Position numbers and translations under genes: made by a program. A DNA stretch of 64,000 nt, taken from positions 64,001-128,000 of the forward strand of contig JBCCHT010000012.1 of NCBI GenBank assembly GCA_039028615.1, in the 5' to 3' direction. Below the pieces are notes generated by a model. The model was not told the DNA's origin, ran no database searches, and saw only the letters and a list, made by a program, of their open reading frames with translations. Below are positions 20,001 to 28,441 of the stretch, one piece after another. This stretch comes from Myxococcota bacterium. Its GTDB lineage: Bacteria > Myxococcota_A > Polyangia > Nannocystales > Nannocystaceae. Within the stretch, counting starts at the first letter, position 1. Every line of letters begins with the position of its first letter.

Positions 20001-20898
20001 ACTTGAGGCCGTCGGTGCCCTTGTAGCGGCCGACGACGTCGTCCTCGTCCTTGCCGAACTCGGCCGCGCCGAGGGCCGCGTAGTACTGAGCGTTGTCCGG
20101 CACGATGATGAGATCGGCCGGGTCGTCGCAGGGCGGAAGCTCGACGCCACGCTCCTCCCAGATGGGGGGAATGTTGGCGCGCCAGGCCTCCTGCATGCCG
20201 CGGATATAGGTGTTGGGGCCGCCCAGCAGCATCACGTGCGGCATGAGCGTGTGACCGCGGGTGAGCACGGACAGGTTCTGCTGAATGATCGACTCGAACA
20301 GCGACGCCATCAGCTCGCTGGCGGGCACGCCCATCTTCTGCAGCGAGTTGATGTCCGTCTCCGCGAAGACGCCACACTTGCCCGCCACGGGGTGCAGCTT
20401 GAGGCCGGTATGGCCCGCGTTGCACAGCTCCTCGGGGGGCAGCTTGAGCTTGGCGTTGATCTTGTCGATGACCGCCCCGGTGCCGCCGGCACACTTGTCG
20501 TTCATCGAGGGGATCTTCTTCTTGCGCCCGCTCTCCGGGTCCTCCTTGAAGACGATGATCTTCGCGTCCTGACCACCGAGCTCGACGACCGAGTTGACCT
20601 CGGGATGCAGCTTCTCGACGGCGAGGGAGACCGCGTTGACCTCCTGGACGAACTTGGCGCCCGTCCAGCGCCCGACGTTGGCACCACCGGAGCCGGTGAT
20701 GAACATACGAGCGTTGTCGGGGCCGAGGCCCACGTCACGCTCGATGTCGTTCAGCATTTCGCAGGCCTTCTCGGGCTGCTTGGAGTCGTGACGACGATAG
20801 TCTTTCCAGACGATCTCGTCGCTCTCGACGTCGACGACTACCGCCTTGACGGTGGTGGAGCCGAGGTCGAAGCCAATGCGAAAGTTGCGGTCGCTCAT
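17026..20898 (-). CDS. CoA-substrate-specific enzyme activase (tandem BadF/BadG/BcrA/BcrD ATPase domains plus DUF2229-like region)
   Basis: DLGSTTVK/NDKCAGGTG/CGVF and DGGSTSSK/NTQCSAGNG/CAVF; CYFCKNKC; PCFPSKV; SFKCGHD. Confidence 0.9.
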   Translation of the reverse strand: MSDRNFRIGFDLGSTTVKAVVVDVESDEIVWKDYRRHDSKQPEKACEMLNDIERDVGLGPDNARMFITGSGGANVGRWTGAKFVQEVNAVSLAVEKLHPEVNSVVELGGQDAKIIVFKEDPESGRKKKIPSMNDKCAGGTGAVIDKINAKLKLPPEELCNAGHTGLKLHPVAGKCGVFAETDINSLQKMGVPASELMASLFESIIQQNLSVLTRGHTLMPHVMLLGGPNTYIRGMQEAWRANIPPIWEERGVELPPCDDPADLIIVPDNAQYYAALGAAEFGKDEDDVVGRYKGTDGLKWYMDVGRKEEKKKAGGTGLAKDEEELAAFKEAYKPEKFVPATFKKGETVRAYVGIDGGSTSSKAVLLSEDATILAKVYQLSKGNPIEDTKDLFADLQGQVEGAGATLEILGVGTTGYAKDILKDVLRADAAIVETVAHCESALHFYDDVDVVCDVGGQDIKIIILKNGKVKDFKLNTQCSAGNGYFLQGTANGFGYDVREYADIAFAAESMPMFGYGCAVFMQSDIVDFQRQGWAPEEIMAGLANVLPKNIWLYVSQIPNLAKLGSRFVLQGGTQHNMAAVKSQVDFIQERFTAKGLQADVIVHKHCGESGAIGAALESRRMHQRLGHQTQWIGLDKVPGIDYRQKRDESTRCYFCKNKCLRTFIDVDIELENKEAKQRMEAGELLQIRKKSDATQMATKRLIIATCEKGEVEDVESMRKIKSGLDAAKKDFPNLAATAAKDVWKAVKPPIVADDPDEVEKGLGLPEAFELPPTLAKHQDKLSGLLRRINRSDRVAKLLDRTGDSVPGAKQVKARTEATRARAEKIRARKKLRIGIPRVLNQYSQNPFFSAYFEALGIPPRNLVYSDYTSEEMYKEGAKRGAIDPCFPSKVCIAHMHNLLEVKHKKRPLDLIVFPQVDSMDTWLSSSVGARACPTVVGSADTTKAAFVKEGDIFVEKGILHIVPFVHMREPKLCKRELLGYFGDVLGLSPEENSLAVEEGFKAQEKFVDKLRDKGREVLRELEEDNRIGIVLLARPYHNDPGMNHEIPDELQKLGYPIFTIHSLPIDEEIVGPLFQDDIDAGFIKDPFDIYDVWKNSYSENTNQKVWAAKYCARHPNLVALELSSFKCGHDAPIYTVIEEIVETSGTPYFSFKDIDENKPTGSIKIRTETIGYFLKRYQEDLQTEKPARGRVAERMREYQAELMAKIEAAALAMGEAAANKPDVLLDAAGLRPKDVNRKYLNIAQGKKVNGAQADTLNKTAGAHRGADMRNAPRPAEAPASAPAAKRDEPS

Positions 20899-20955
20899 CG
20901 TAAGTATTCCTGGGAGGAACTCGAGGTCTGCAGTCCGAGGTCGGGCCCGGTGGGC

Positions 20956-22740
20956 CTACTGTGCGGCCAGCTCGGCCTGCGGGCGGATGCCCTCGGCGCG
21001 CATGCGCTCGATCAGGTGCTGGGCGAAGCGGGCTCCGGTGCCGACGATGCCCTCGTACTCGGGCACGTGGTAGAGCGGGCGGTTCACCTCGGGGTTGTTG
21101 CGCTGGTACTCGCGCAGCTGCTCGAGGTCGTAGCCGCTGCTGTCGATGATCTGGGCGAACTCGAGCTTGGCCTTGGCCTTGGCCTCACCCAGAGCCATCT
21201 GCACGCGGCTATGGGCGTTGATCTCACCCTCGCCCGAGGTCTCGATGGGCAGGTAGATCATGTCCTTGAAGTGGTTGATGACCGCCGACTGAGCGCCGTC
21301 GCTCTGGGTCGAGGGCATGCAGCCGAAGGGCTTGAGCGACAGCACCATGTGCGCGATGCCCTTGACCGTGTAGTAGATGTTCTTCGCGACCTCGAGGTGG
21401 CCTTCGCCGCCCTCGGAGCGCGTGTGGTAGAACTCGTGCGCGATCTTCTCCATCTCGAACATGTCGACGATGGAGTGGGTGGTGCCGCCGAGGGCCTCGC
21501 GAATGCGGTCGTACTCGCGGCGATAGACCTTGTCGGCGAAGGCCATGGTCGCTCGCTTCTTGTAGTACTTGCTGTCGAGCTCCCAGCGCTTCTTGAGATC
21601 CCACCACTTGAGCTCGCCCTCGGCCTCGTCGAGGCTGCGACGGTCGGCGGCTTTGATCTTCTCCTGCCACATCAGGTAGGTGATCCAGGTCGCCACCGGC
21701 TCCGTGATGATCTCGGCGCCCTCCGCCTGGAGGAACCGGAACATGTTGAAGTTGCCGTCGCCCTCGGTGGTCTGGGCCCAGAACTCGCCGGTGACCTTGA
21801 CCACGGGCTTGGGCGCGAGGCGATCGACCTCGACGTCGTTCATCTTGCGGGCCACCTCGCGTAGCGGCGTGGTGTAGTCCTCGGTGGTCAGCAGGTCGAG
21901 GAACTTGACGACCAGCTCGAGCTTGTCGACGGCTCCCTCGCCCCGGTTCTCCACCAGCTTGCGCAGCGGGCCCGTGACCTCAGCCGGCTTGATGTTCTGG
22001 ATGGCCTCGCCGAGGAAGTGCAGCGCCTCGTTGAGCACGCGGTCGGTCTCGCCCGGCACGACCTCGTGGGGACGGACCTGGTTGGCGAGCTCGTTGAGCA
22101 GGTCACCGATGTTGATCGTGGTGACCAGGCCCATGAAGAAGTCGGCGTTCATCTCGAGGCCGGCCTTCACGTCGCCCTGCTTGAGGCCGCCCTTCTGCTG
22201 GAAGAGCATGACGCGGAAGCCGTCGAAGCCGGCGTTGCGCAGGGCCAAGCGGTACTCGGCCTCGTACATCCCGAACCGACAGGGGCCACAGGCACCCGCG
22301 GTGATGAAGAAGTACTGGTCGATGATGTCCTCGGTGGACATCCCCTGGTCGTCGCGGAGCCACTCCAGGTACTGCACCAGGTTGCCCACCGTGAAGTAGG
22401 TGGGGTTGCACTGACCGTTGTTGCCGTACTCCTTGCCCTTCTGGAAGGCGTCGGTGTTCGGGGTCGGCAGCGGCTTGACGTTGTAGCCGAGGCGCTGAAA
22501 GTGCGCGGTGATGAGGAACTCGTGACGGAAGGTCAGTCCACCGCACAGCATGGTTGTGTGCGGGCGCTGGTCGGCCGTGAAGTCGTGCTCCACGGGGCGC
22601 TGGAACTGCAAGTTCACAGAGCGAAAGCTGACGCCCTCTTCTTCGGAGAAACGCTCCTGGGCCTGATCGAGAAGCTGCTGGACGGCGGGCTGCTGGATCA
22701 CGTTGAGAAGCTGGCTGCGATGTTCGGGAGACGTGGCCAT
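20956..22740 (-). CDS. 2-hydroxyacyl-CoA dehydratase-like Fe-S partner protein
   Basis: GQCNP, GACGPCRFGMY, GGEG and KPFGCMP motifs; directly upstream of the activase. Confidence 0.8.
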   Translation of the reverse strand: MATSPEHRSQLLNVIQQPAVQQLLDQAQERFSEEEGVSFRSVNLQFQRPVEHDFTADQRPHTTMLCGGLTFRHEFLITAHFQRLGYNVKPLPTPNTDAFQKGKEYGNNGQCNPTYFTVGNLVQYLEWLRDDQGMSTEDIIDQYFFITAGACGPCRFGMYEAEYRLALRNAGFDGFRVMLFQQKGGLKQGDVKAGLEMNADFFMGLVTTINIGDLLNELANQVRPHEVVPGETDRVLNEALHFLGEAIQNIKPAEVTGPLRKLVENRGEGAVDKLELVVKFLDLLTTEDYTTPLREVARKMNDVEVDRLAPKPVVKVTGEFWAQTTEGDGNFNMFRFLQAEGAEIITEPVATWITYLMWQEKIKAADRRSLDEAEGELKWWDLKKRWELDSKYYKKRATMAFADKVYRREYDRIREALGGTTHSIVDMFEMEKIAHEFYHTRSEGGEGHLEVAKNIYYTVKGIAHMVLSLKPFGCMPSTQSDGAQSAVINHFKDMIYLPIETSGEGEINAHSRVQMALGEAKAKAKLEFAQIIDSSGYDLEQLREYQRNNPEVNRPLYHVPEYEGIVGTGARFAQHLIERMRAEGIRPQAELAAQ

Positions 22741-22783
22741 GGCGTGAACTCCGAGTGGGGGCAAAGCTTGGTCGGTAAGAGAA

Positions 22784-22835
22784 TCAGTGACGGTCTCGTC
22801 ACTGACACGGTCGTCACTGACACACGTGTCAGTGA
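22784..22835. promoter_or_regulatory. Nested palindromic operator array
   Basis: TCAGTGACG-gtct-CGTCACTGA and TCACTGACAC-ac-GTGTCAGTGA; direct repeat CGTCACTGACAC with a 15-bp period. Confidence 0.75.
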
Positions 22836-23104
22836 ACTTTCGGAGGGTTTTGTCGCACACCCTCCGGGGGGTGGCAAGGAACAAGACCGTGTCCTTTGCG
22901 GCCGAATTCGGTGTGTGACGCGGATCGCAGCGTGTTCGACGCCAGTCCCGAAGGGGGTCGGGTCGAGGTGAAACTGCGCCAAGTCCGCGTCCGGCCGCGG
23001 AGACGAACATCGTAAAGCCCGCGGAATTGCGCAAGGGTTCCCCGTATTTCCGCGCAGTGTACGCGTCCTTGTAAGGCGGCTACGGGCTCGGCGTTGCCCT
23101 ATCG

Positions 23105-24307
23105 ATGGTCTCGCCGATCCGCTGTGTCGCCCTCCTGCTCCCCCTCGCGGTCGGCTGTTCGAGCGACGCGGCGACCTCCACCGAGGTACCCGCCCACCGT
23201 GCAGACCGTGACGCACCCGACCCGTCCCGGATCTACACGGTGGGCGAGGCGCACTTCGCCCGCGGCGAATACTCGCAGGCGGTGGAGCTGTGGCGGCAGG
23301 CGATCGTGAAGCTGCCGCCCACGTCCGACGCCGACGATCTCCGGCACGCCCTGATCCTGCGACGCGCCTACGGGCAGCTCATGGCGTGGCACCACCAGGG
23401 CGACGAGGCGCATCTGCACGACGCCAAGCAGATGCTCGAGCGCTATCTCGTTCGGCACGAGGAGCTGTTGGGCACGACCGATGACGCGCTGGCGCAGCGC
23501 GGTGAAGTCTACGAGCTGCTCTTCGAGGTCGAGCGAGCGCTCGAGCCCCCGCCCGTCGTCCAGACCAGCGAGCTGCGGGTGGACGATCCCAACGAGGAGG
23601 ACAAAGAGTTCGAGGCCGACGGCGATGCCGACATCCAGCGCACGGTCGTCGTGCGTGCCACGCAGACCGACGTCGACGACCCGAAGATGCGCGGCAAGCT
23701 TCGAAGCAGCTTCACCGATCCATTTTTCGATGGCCTGGTGCTCACAGCCCCGACCGCGGTGCTGCTCCATGGGCCTCGGCCGCTACTGCGAGCGGGCGGC
23801 GTGGTGCAGCTCGCCGAGACCGAGGGCAGCAGCGTGGCCGACCGTCGCCGGGCCCGAAGCCTCGGGCGACACGTGCTCGCCACCGCCCGCGATCGCCTCA
23901 AGGACTGCTACCAGGCGGCCTACACCCGCCACCCCGTCGCGGCCGCCCGCAGCACGGTGCAGGTCACGGTGGGCGAAGACGGCAAGATTCGCGACGCCGA
24001 GATCGTGACCGGTGGCCTGGTCGATACGCTCGGTGACCTGTGCGTCCTCGATGAGCTCGAGTCCACGGCCATCGAAGACGCCGAGCTTCTGGAGACCGAC
24101 GGTGCCATCGCAATTCGAGTGCCGCTGACCTTCTTCTACCAAGGCCCCGTGTACCTCAACGAAGGCACGGGCAGCAGCGCCCCCGCGGGCGTGCTCCACC
24201 AAGTCGACGCCACCCCGGGCGCCAACGCACCGCGGGCCCCGGGCAGCGCCCCGCTGGCTCCGGGTGCGCCCGGTTCGTCCATCCCCGGCCGGGCGATGGG
24301 CGCATAG
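23105..24307 (+). CDS. Lipoprotein with TPR-like region and AgmX/PglI-type C-terminal domain
   Basis: Lipobox AVGC; GEAHFARGEYSQAVELW; LKDCY..VGEDGKI..LCV..VPLTF. Confidence 0.65.
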   Translation: MVSPIRCVALLLPLAVGCSSDAATSTEVPAHRADRDAPDPSRIYTVGEAHFARGEYSQAVELWRQAIVKLPPTSDADDLRHALILRRAYGQLMAWHHQGDEAHLHDAKQMLERYLVRHEELLGTTDDALAQRGEVYELLFEVERALEPPPVVQTSELRVDDPNEEDKEFEADGDADIQRTVVVRATQTDVDDPKMRGKLRSSFTDPFFDGLVLTAPTAVLLHGPRPLLRAGGVVQLAETEGSSVADRRRARSLGRHVLATARDRLKDCYQAAYTRHPVAAARSTVQVTVGEDGKIRDAEIVTGGLVDTLGDLCVLDELESTAIEDAELLETDGAIAIRVPLTFFYQGPVYLNEGTGSSAPAGVLHQVDATPGANAPRAPGSAPLAPGAPGSSIPGRAMGA

Positions 24308-24320
24308 AAGACGCCACGCC

Positions 24321-25007
24321 TCAGTTCACGGGGGCGAGCTTCAGGCCGCCTTCGACCAGGGCGTCGTAGTGGTAGCCGAAGCCGAGGTCGACGTCGCGGC
24401 GGAGAGTCCCGCGAAAGGCGACCCGTTGGCCCACCGTGACCGACGCCTGAGTCTTGACGGTGAGGTCGTGTGTACCCGCGGCGGGGTCACCAGAACCGTC
24501 TTGGAGGTGAACCCAGCGATAGCCGATGGCGTCGGGCGCCTTGACCACGGTGCCGTAGACGACGACCTCTCGATCCGCTCGCGCTGCGAGCTCGGCGTAG
24601 ACGGCCTCGATTGCCACGGCGTCGGCGGGCGCCGGGGACCGGACGCTTCGCACCGCGGTGTCGTAGTCGGCGACCTGGACGTGGTCGATGTCGACGAGCT
24701 CGCGCGCGACGGTGCCGAGCTCGGGGATGTCGACGTCCGGTTGCATCCGGCCTTGCCCCAAGAGCACATAGTCTCCGACGCGGACCCCGACGTCGGGTAC
24801 TCGAACCCAGGTACGGACCGAGCCCTGGCTGACTTCGAGGAGCTGGAACCCCGGCCGGTCGACCACCTGCTCGACGAAGGTCGGCGCGAGGTTGGCCCAG
24901 CCCTGGGGCGGAGGCGCGGTGCCGGGCGAGGCCGTGCTCGCAGCCCCCACTGCGAGCACGGCCAGCCCCACCACGAATGCCAGTCCGAGAATGTGTCGGC
25001 GCTTCAT
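24321..25007 (-). CDS. Exported OB-fold protein (NrfJ-like N-domain plus GTHDLTV/GYHY domain)
   Basis: Signal peptide; VVYGTVVK..RWVHLQDGSG..DLTV..DLGFGYHYDALVE; 8 nt after the katG stop. Confidence 0.6.
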   Translation of the reverse strand: MKRRHILGLAFVVGLAVLAVGAASTASPGTAPPPQGWANLAPTFVEQVVDRPGFQLLEVSQGSVRTWVRVPDVGVRVGDYVLLGQGRMQPDVDIPELGTVARELVDIDHVQVADYDTAVRSVRSPAPADAVAIEAVYAELAARADREVVVYGTVVKAPDAIGYRWVHLQDGSGDPAAGTHDLTVKTQASVTVGQRVAFRGTLRRDVDLGFGYHYDALVEGGLKLAPVN

Positions 25008-25015
25008 GGCCTACC

Positions 25016-27346
25016 TCAGCGATTCAGGTCGAAGCGATCGGCCCGCATGACCTTGGTCCAGGTCGCCACGAAGTCGCGCACGAAGGCCTCTTGGTCGTAG
25101 GCGTAGGCCTCGGCCACGGCCCGAAGCTCGGCGTTCGAGCCGAAGACCAGATCGACCTCGGTGGCCTTCCACTTCACGGCTCCCGAGTGGTCACGGCCCT
25201 CGAACACGTTCTTCGCCTGCGCGGGCTTCCACTGGGTGGACATGTCGAGCAGGTGGACGAAAAAATCGTTGCTGAGCGTGCCGGGACGCTCGGTCAAGAC
25301 CCCCACCCCGCCGTCCTCGGCGTTGTTGCCGAGGACGCGCAGGCCACCGAGCAACACCGTCATTTCCGGGACGCTCAGGTCGAGCAGGTCGGCCTTGTCG
25401 ATGAGGGCATCCGCCGGGCTGCGCAGCTCGTGCGCGGTGTAGTAGTTGCGGAAGCCGTCCGACTTTGGCTCGAGGGGCTCGAACGAGGGCACGTCCGTCT
25501 GGTCTTGCGTGGCGTCGACCCGACCCGGTTCGAAGGGCACCGTGACGCTCAGGCCACCGCGACGTGCCGACTCTTCGATGCCAGCCGCCCCCGCGAGCAC
25601 GATGAGGTCGGCCATGGAGACCTTCTTGCCTCGCGAGGCCGAAGCGTTGAACGCAGACTGCACCGAGGCGAGCGCGTCGAGGACCTCGCCGAGCTCCGCG
25701 GGTCGATTGACCTCCCAGCCCTTTTGCGGAGCCAGTCGGACGCGAGCCCCGTTGGCACCGCCACGCATGTCGGAGTCCCGGTAGGTCGAGGCCGAGGCCC
25801 AGGCGGTCCGCACGAGCGCGGCGGGGTCGATGCCCCGGGCGAGGATGTCCTTTTTGAGCGACGCGATGTCGCGTGCGTTCACGAGCGGGTGGTCGAGCTC
25901 AGGCAGCGGGTCCTGCCAGGCGAACACCTCCCGCGGCACGTCGGGACCCAGGTAGCGCGCCCGGGGGCCCAGATCGCGATGCGTCAGCTTGAACCAGGCT
26001 TTGGCGAACGCCGCTTCGAAGGCCTCCGGGTCGTCTCGGAAGCGCTCGGAGATGGCCTCGTACGCGGGGTCCTCCCGCAGCGAGAGATCGGTGGTCAGCA
26101 TCATCGGCGCATGACGCTTGGAGGCATCGTGTGCATCGGGGACCAGCGTGGCCGCCTCGCCGCCCGCGGGTCGCCACTGGATCGCGCCACCGGGCCCCTC
26201 GTGCTTTTCCCATTCGTAGTCGAAGAGGAAACGGAGGTACTGGTGGGTCCACTTGACGGGTGCCGCCGTCCAGGCGCCTTCGATGCCGCTGGTCACCGTG
26301 TCGACCCCCTTGCCGTCGCCGCAGCGGTTGTTCCACCCGAAGCCCTGCTCCACGATGGCTGCCGCGGCCGGCTCGGCCCCGACACAGTCGCCGGGTTTGT
26401 GGGCGCCGTGGGACTTGCCGAAGGTGTGACCCCCGGCGATGAGCGCGACCGTCTCTTCGTCGTTCATCGCCATGCGCGCGAAGGTCTGACGGATGTCGCC
26501 CGCGGCGGACACCGGGTCGCCGTTGGCATCGGGGCCCTCGGGATTGACGTAGATGAGGCCCATGTGGGCGGCACCGAGAGGTTCATCGAGCGTGCGGTCA
26601 CCGTGGAAACGGTCGCTGCCGAGCATCTCGGCCTCGGGCCCCCAGTACACGAGGTCGGCTTCCCAGTCGTCCTCGCGGCCCCCGGCAAAACCCAGGGTCT
26701 CGAAGCCCATGGACTCCATGCCCACCGTGCCCGCGAGCACCATGAGGTCGGCCCACGACAACGCCCGACCGTACTTGGCCTTGACCGGCCACAGGAGGCG
26801 ACGCGCCTTGTCGAGGTTGCCGTTGTCGGGCCAGCTGTTGAGCGGCTCGAAGCGGATCTGCCCGCCATCGGATCCGCCTCGCCCGTCCGTCACGCGGTAG
26901 GTCCCGGCGCTGTGCCACGCGAGCCGCACCATGAGCGGGCCGTAGTTGCCGTAGTCGGCCGGCCACCACGGCTGGCTGTCGGTGAGGACCGCCTCGATGT
27001 CCTTCTTCACCGCGTCGAAGTCGAGCGTGGCGAACTCGCGAGCGTAGTCGAAGTCGCGGCCATGGGGGTTGGCCGCCTCGTTGTGACGGAGCGCCCGCAG
27101 GTCGAGCTGGTCGGGCCACCAGTGGTCGTTGGGGATCGCCTCACCCGCCGCGAAGGCCTTCGTCGTGCCAGGGGCGCCCTCGTCGGCCGAGCTCGGGCCA
27201 GCGTCGGCGGCCGACCGAGCGGGTGCCTGGGACGCCGGCGTGGACTTCGCCGGGTCGCAGGACGCGACCAGAGCCAGGGACAAGGCGGCGCCGATGAGGG
27301 CCATCGCGCGTCGCGTACGAGGGTTGCGTGTCTCTCCGAGTCTCAC
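25016..27346 (-). CDS. katG: Catalase-peroxidase with an export/lipoprotein signal (start may be 27304)
   Basis: [37 protein letters not shown]-terminus TRRAMAL..LVASC. Confidence 0.97.
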   Translation of the reverse strand: MRLGETRNPRTRRAMALIGAALSLALVASCDPAKSTPASQAPARSAADAGPSSADEGAPGTTKAFAAGEAIPNDHWWPDQLDLRALRHNEAANPHGRDFDYAREFATLDFDAVKKDIEAVLTDSQPWWPADYGNYGPLMVRLAWHSAGTYRVTDGRGGSDGGQIRFEPLNSWPDNGNLDKARRLLWPVKAKYGRALSWADLMVLAGTVGMESMGFETLGFAGGREDDWEADLVYWGPEAEMLGSDRFHGDRTLDEPLGAAHMGLIYVNPEGPDANGDPVSAAGDIRQTFARMAMNDEETVALIAGGHTFGKSHGAHKPGDCVGAEPAAAAIVEQGFGWNNRCGDGKGVDTVTSGIEGAWTAAPVKWTHQYLRFLFDYEWEKHEGPGGAIQWRPAGGEAATLVPDAHDASKRHAPMMLTTDLSLREDPAYEAISERFRDDPEAFEAAFAKAWFKLTHRDLGPRARYLGPDVPREVFAWQDPLPELDHPLVNARDIASLKKDILARGIDPAALVRTAWASASTYRDSDMRGGANGARVRLAPQKGWEVNRPAELGEVLDALASVQSAFNASASRGKKVSMADLIVLAGAAGIEESARRGGLSVTVPFEPGRVDATQDQTDVPSFEPLEPKSDGFRNYYTAHELRSPADALIDKADLLDLSVPEMTVLLGGLRVLGNNAEDGGVGVLTERPGTLSNDFFVHLLDMSTQWKPAQAKNVFEGRDHSGAVKWKATEVDLVFGSNAELRAVAEAYAYDQEAFVRDFVATWTKVMRADRFDLNR

Positions 27347-27403
27347 GGAGACACTATTCGCGGCCCGACCGGGTTGGGTCCAAGACCAACAATCTGGGGG
27401 AGC

Positions 27404-27420
27404 GATAGGCAGGGCCTATC
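27404..27420. promoter_or_regulatory. OxyR-type binding site upstream of katG
   Basis: GATAGGC-AGG-GCCTATC, i.e. ATAG-N7-CTAT. Confidence 0.7.
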
Positions 27421-27439
27421 AGCGGAGGTCGCCGCGCCC

Positions 27440-28345
27440 CTATCGCGGCATCACGCCGCGGAAGGCCACCACGAGCTCCTCGAGCACCCCGGAAAGAGGG
27501 TGCCCCTCGGTCGTGACGAGGGTCAGCGTGCGGCCGATCGTATCTTCGACGAAGGGCCGCACCTGGATCGGCGCTCGTGCTCGCTCCGCTTCCACGGCCA
27601 TGGCGGGCAACACACTGACGCCGAGCCCAGCCGCGACCATCTGCACCATGGTGACCAGGCTCGTCGCTCTGAACTGCGAGCGCTGAGTGCTGGGGAATCG
27701 GCACAGCGACAGCGTCTGATCGCGCAGGCAGTGCCCCTGCGCCAGCAACAAGAGCTGCTGCTCGTGCAGCCAGCTGACCGGCACCTCGTCGGGGAGCGAC
27801 ATCTCCTGTGGGGCGATCACCACGAACGGCTCCCAGCCCAGCTCGTGCCCCCGTTGACCGGGCTCCGTCGGAGGGTCGGCGATGACGATGGCGTCCGCCT
27901 TGCCGTGCGCCAGCGCCTCTTCGGCAGAGGTCGTCTGCAGCTCGAGCCAGTGAACGGTCGGGCCCTCCCCCGCCTTCATCGCCTGGCTGAGGGCGGGCAA
28001 CAGGTAGGGGGCGACGGTGGGGATGACCGCGATCCGTACGGGGACGGCGTAGGGATCGTGGAGGGTGGCGGCGGTGGCCTCGACGAGGGCGGCCGCGTTC
28101 AAGGCCTCGCGAAAGGCCGGCAGCTGGCGCTCACCCGCAGGCGAGAGAAACACGCCTTTGGGGGTGCGCACGAACAGCTCGGTGCCCAACACCGCCTCGA
28201 GCTTCGCGACCTGCGAGCTGAGGGACGGCTGCGAGACCCCACAAAGAGCCGCGGCTGCCCCGAAGCCTCCCGTCTCGGCCACGGCGAGAGCGTATTGGAG
28301 CTGGCGCAGGGAGAAGGCAGGAGTCTGGAACTGGTTGATGGCCAT
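27440..28345 (-). CDS. oxyR: OxyR-like LysR regulator
   Basis: LysR HTH (VSQPSLSSQVAKLE); GHCLRDQTLSLC carries both redox Cys; ATSLVTMVQMVAAGLG. Confidence 0.88.
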   Translation of the reverse strand: MAINQFQTPAFSLRQLQYALAVAETGGFGAAAALCGVSQPSLSSQVAKLEAVLGTELFVRTPKGVFLSPAGERQLPAFREALNAAALVEATAATLHDPYAVPVRIAVIPTVAPYLLPALSQAMKAGEGPTVHWLELQTTSAEEALAHGKADAIVIADPPTEPGQRGHELGWEPFVVIAPQEMSLPDEVPVSWLHEQQLLLLAQGHCLRDQTLSLCRFPSTQRSQFRATSLVTMVQMVAAGLGVSVLPAMAVEAERARAPIQVRPFVEDTIGRTLTLVTTEGHPLSGVLEELVVAFRGVMPR

Positions 28346-28441
28346 GTCGCTTCGCCTTCCCGAGCGGCATGCACAGTCTAGCAGGGGGCGCTCCGTGGAA
28401 CGCCGACCCCGAGCAGGCGGCGGAAGTCTCGTCGCGACGCG

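Noticed and set aside
17110..21864. 1584-aa plus-strand ORF
   Set aside because: Antisense shadow of the activase/dehydratase genes, caused by high-GC codon bias; no recognisable motifs.
22784..22835. Possible mini-CRISPR or IS end
   Set aside because: Repeats are too short, lack spacers, and there are no cas or transposase genes; an operator fits better.
24977..28381. 1134-aa plus-strand ORF
   Set aside because: Antisense shadow of katG and oxyR.
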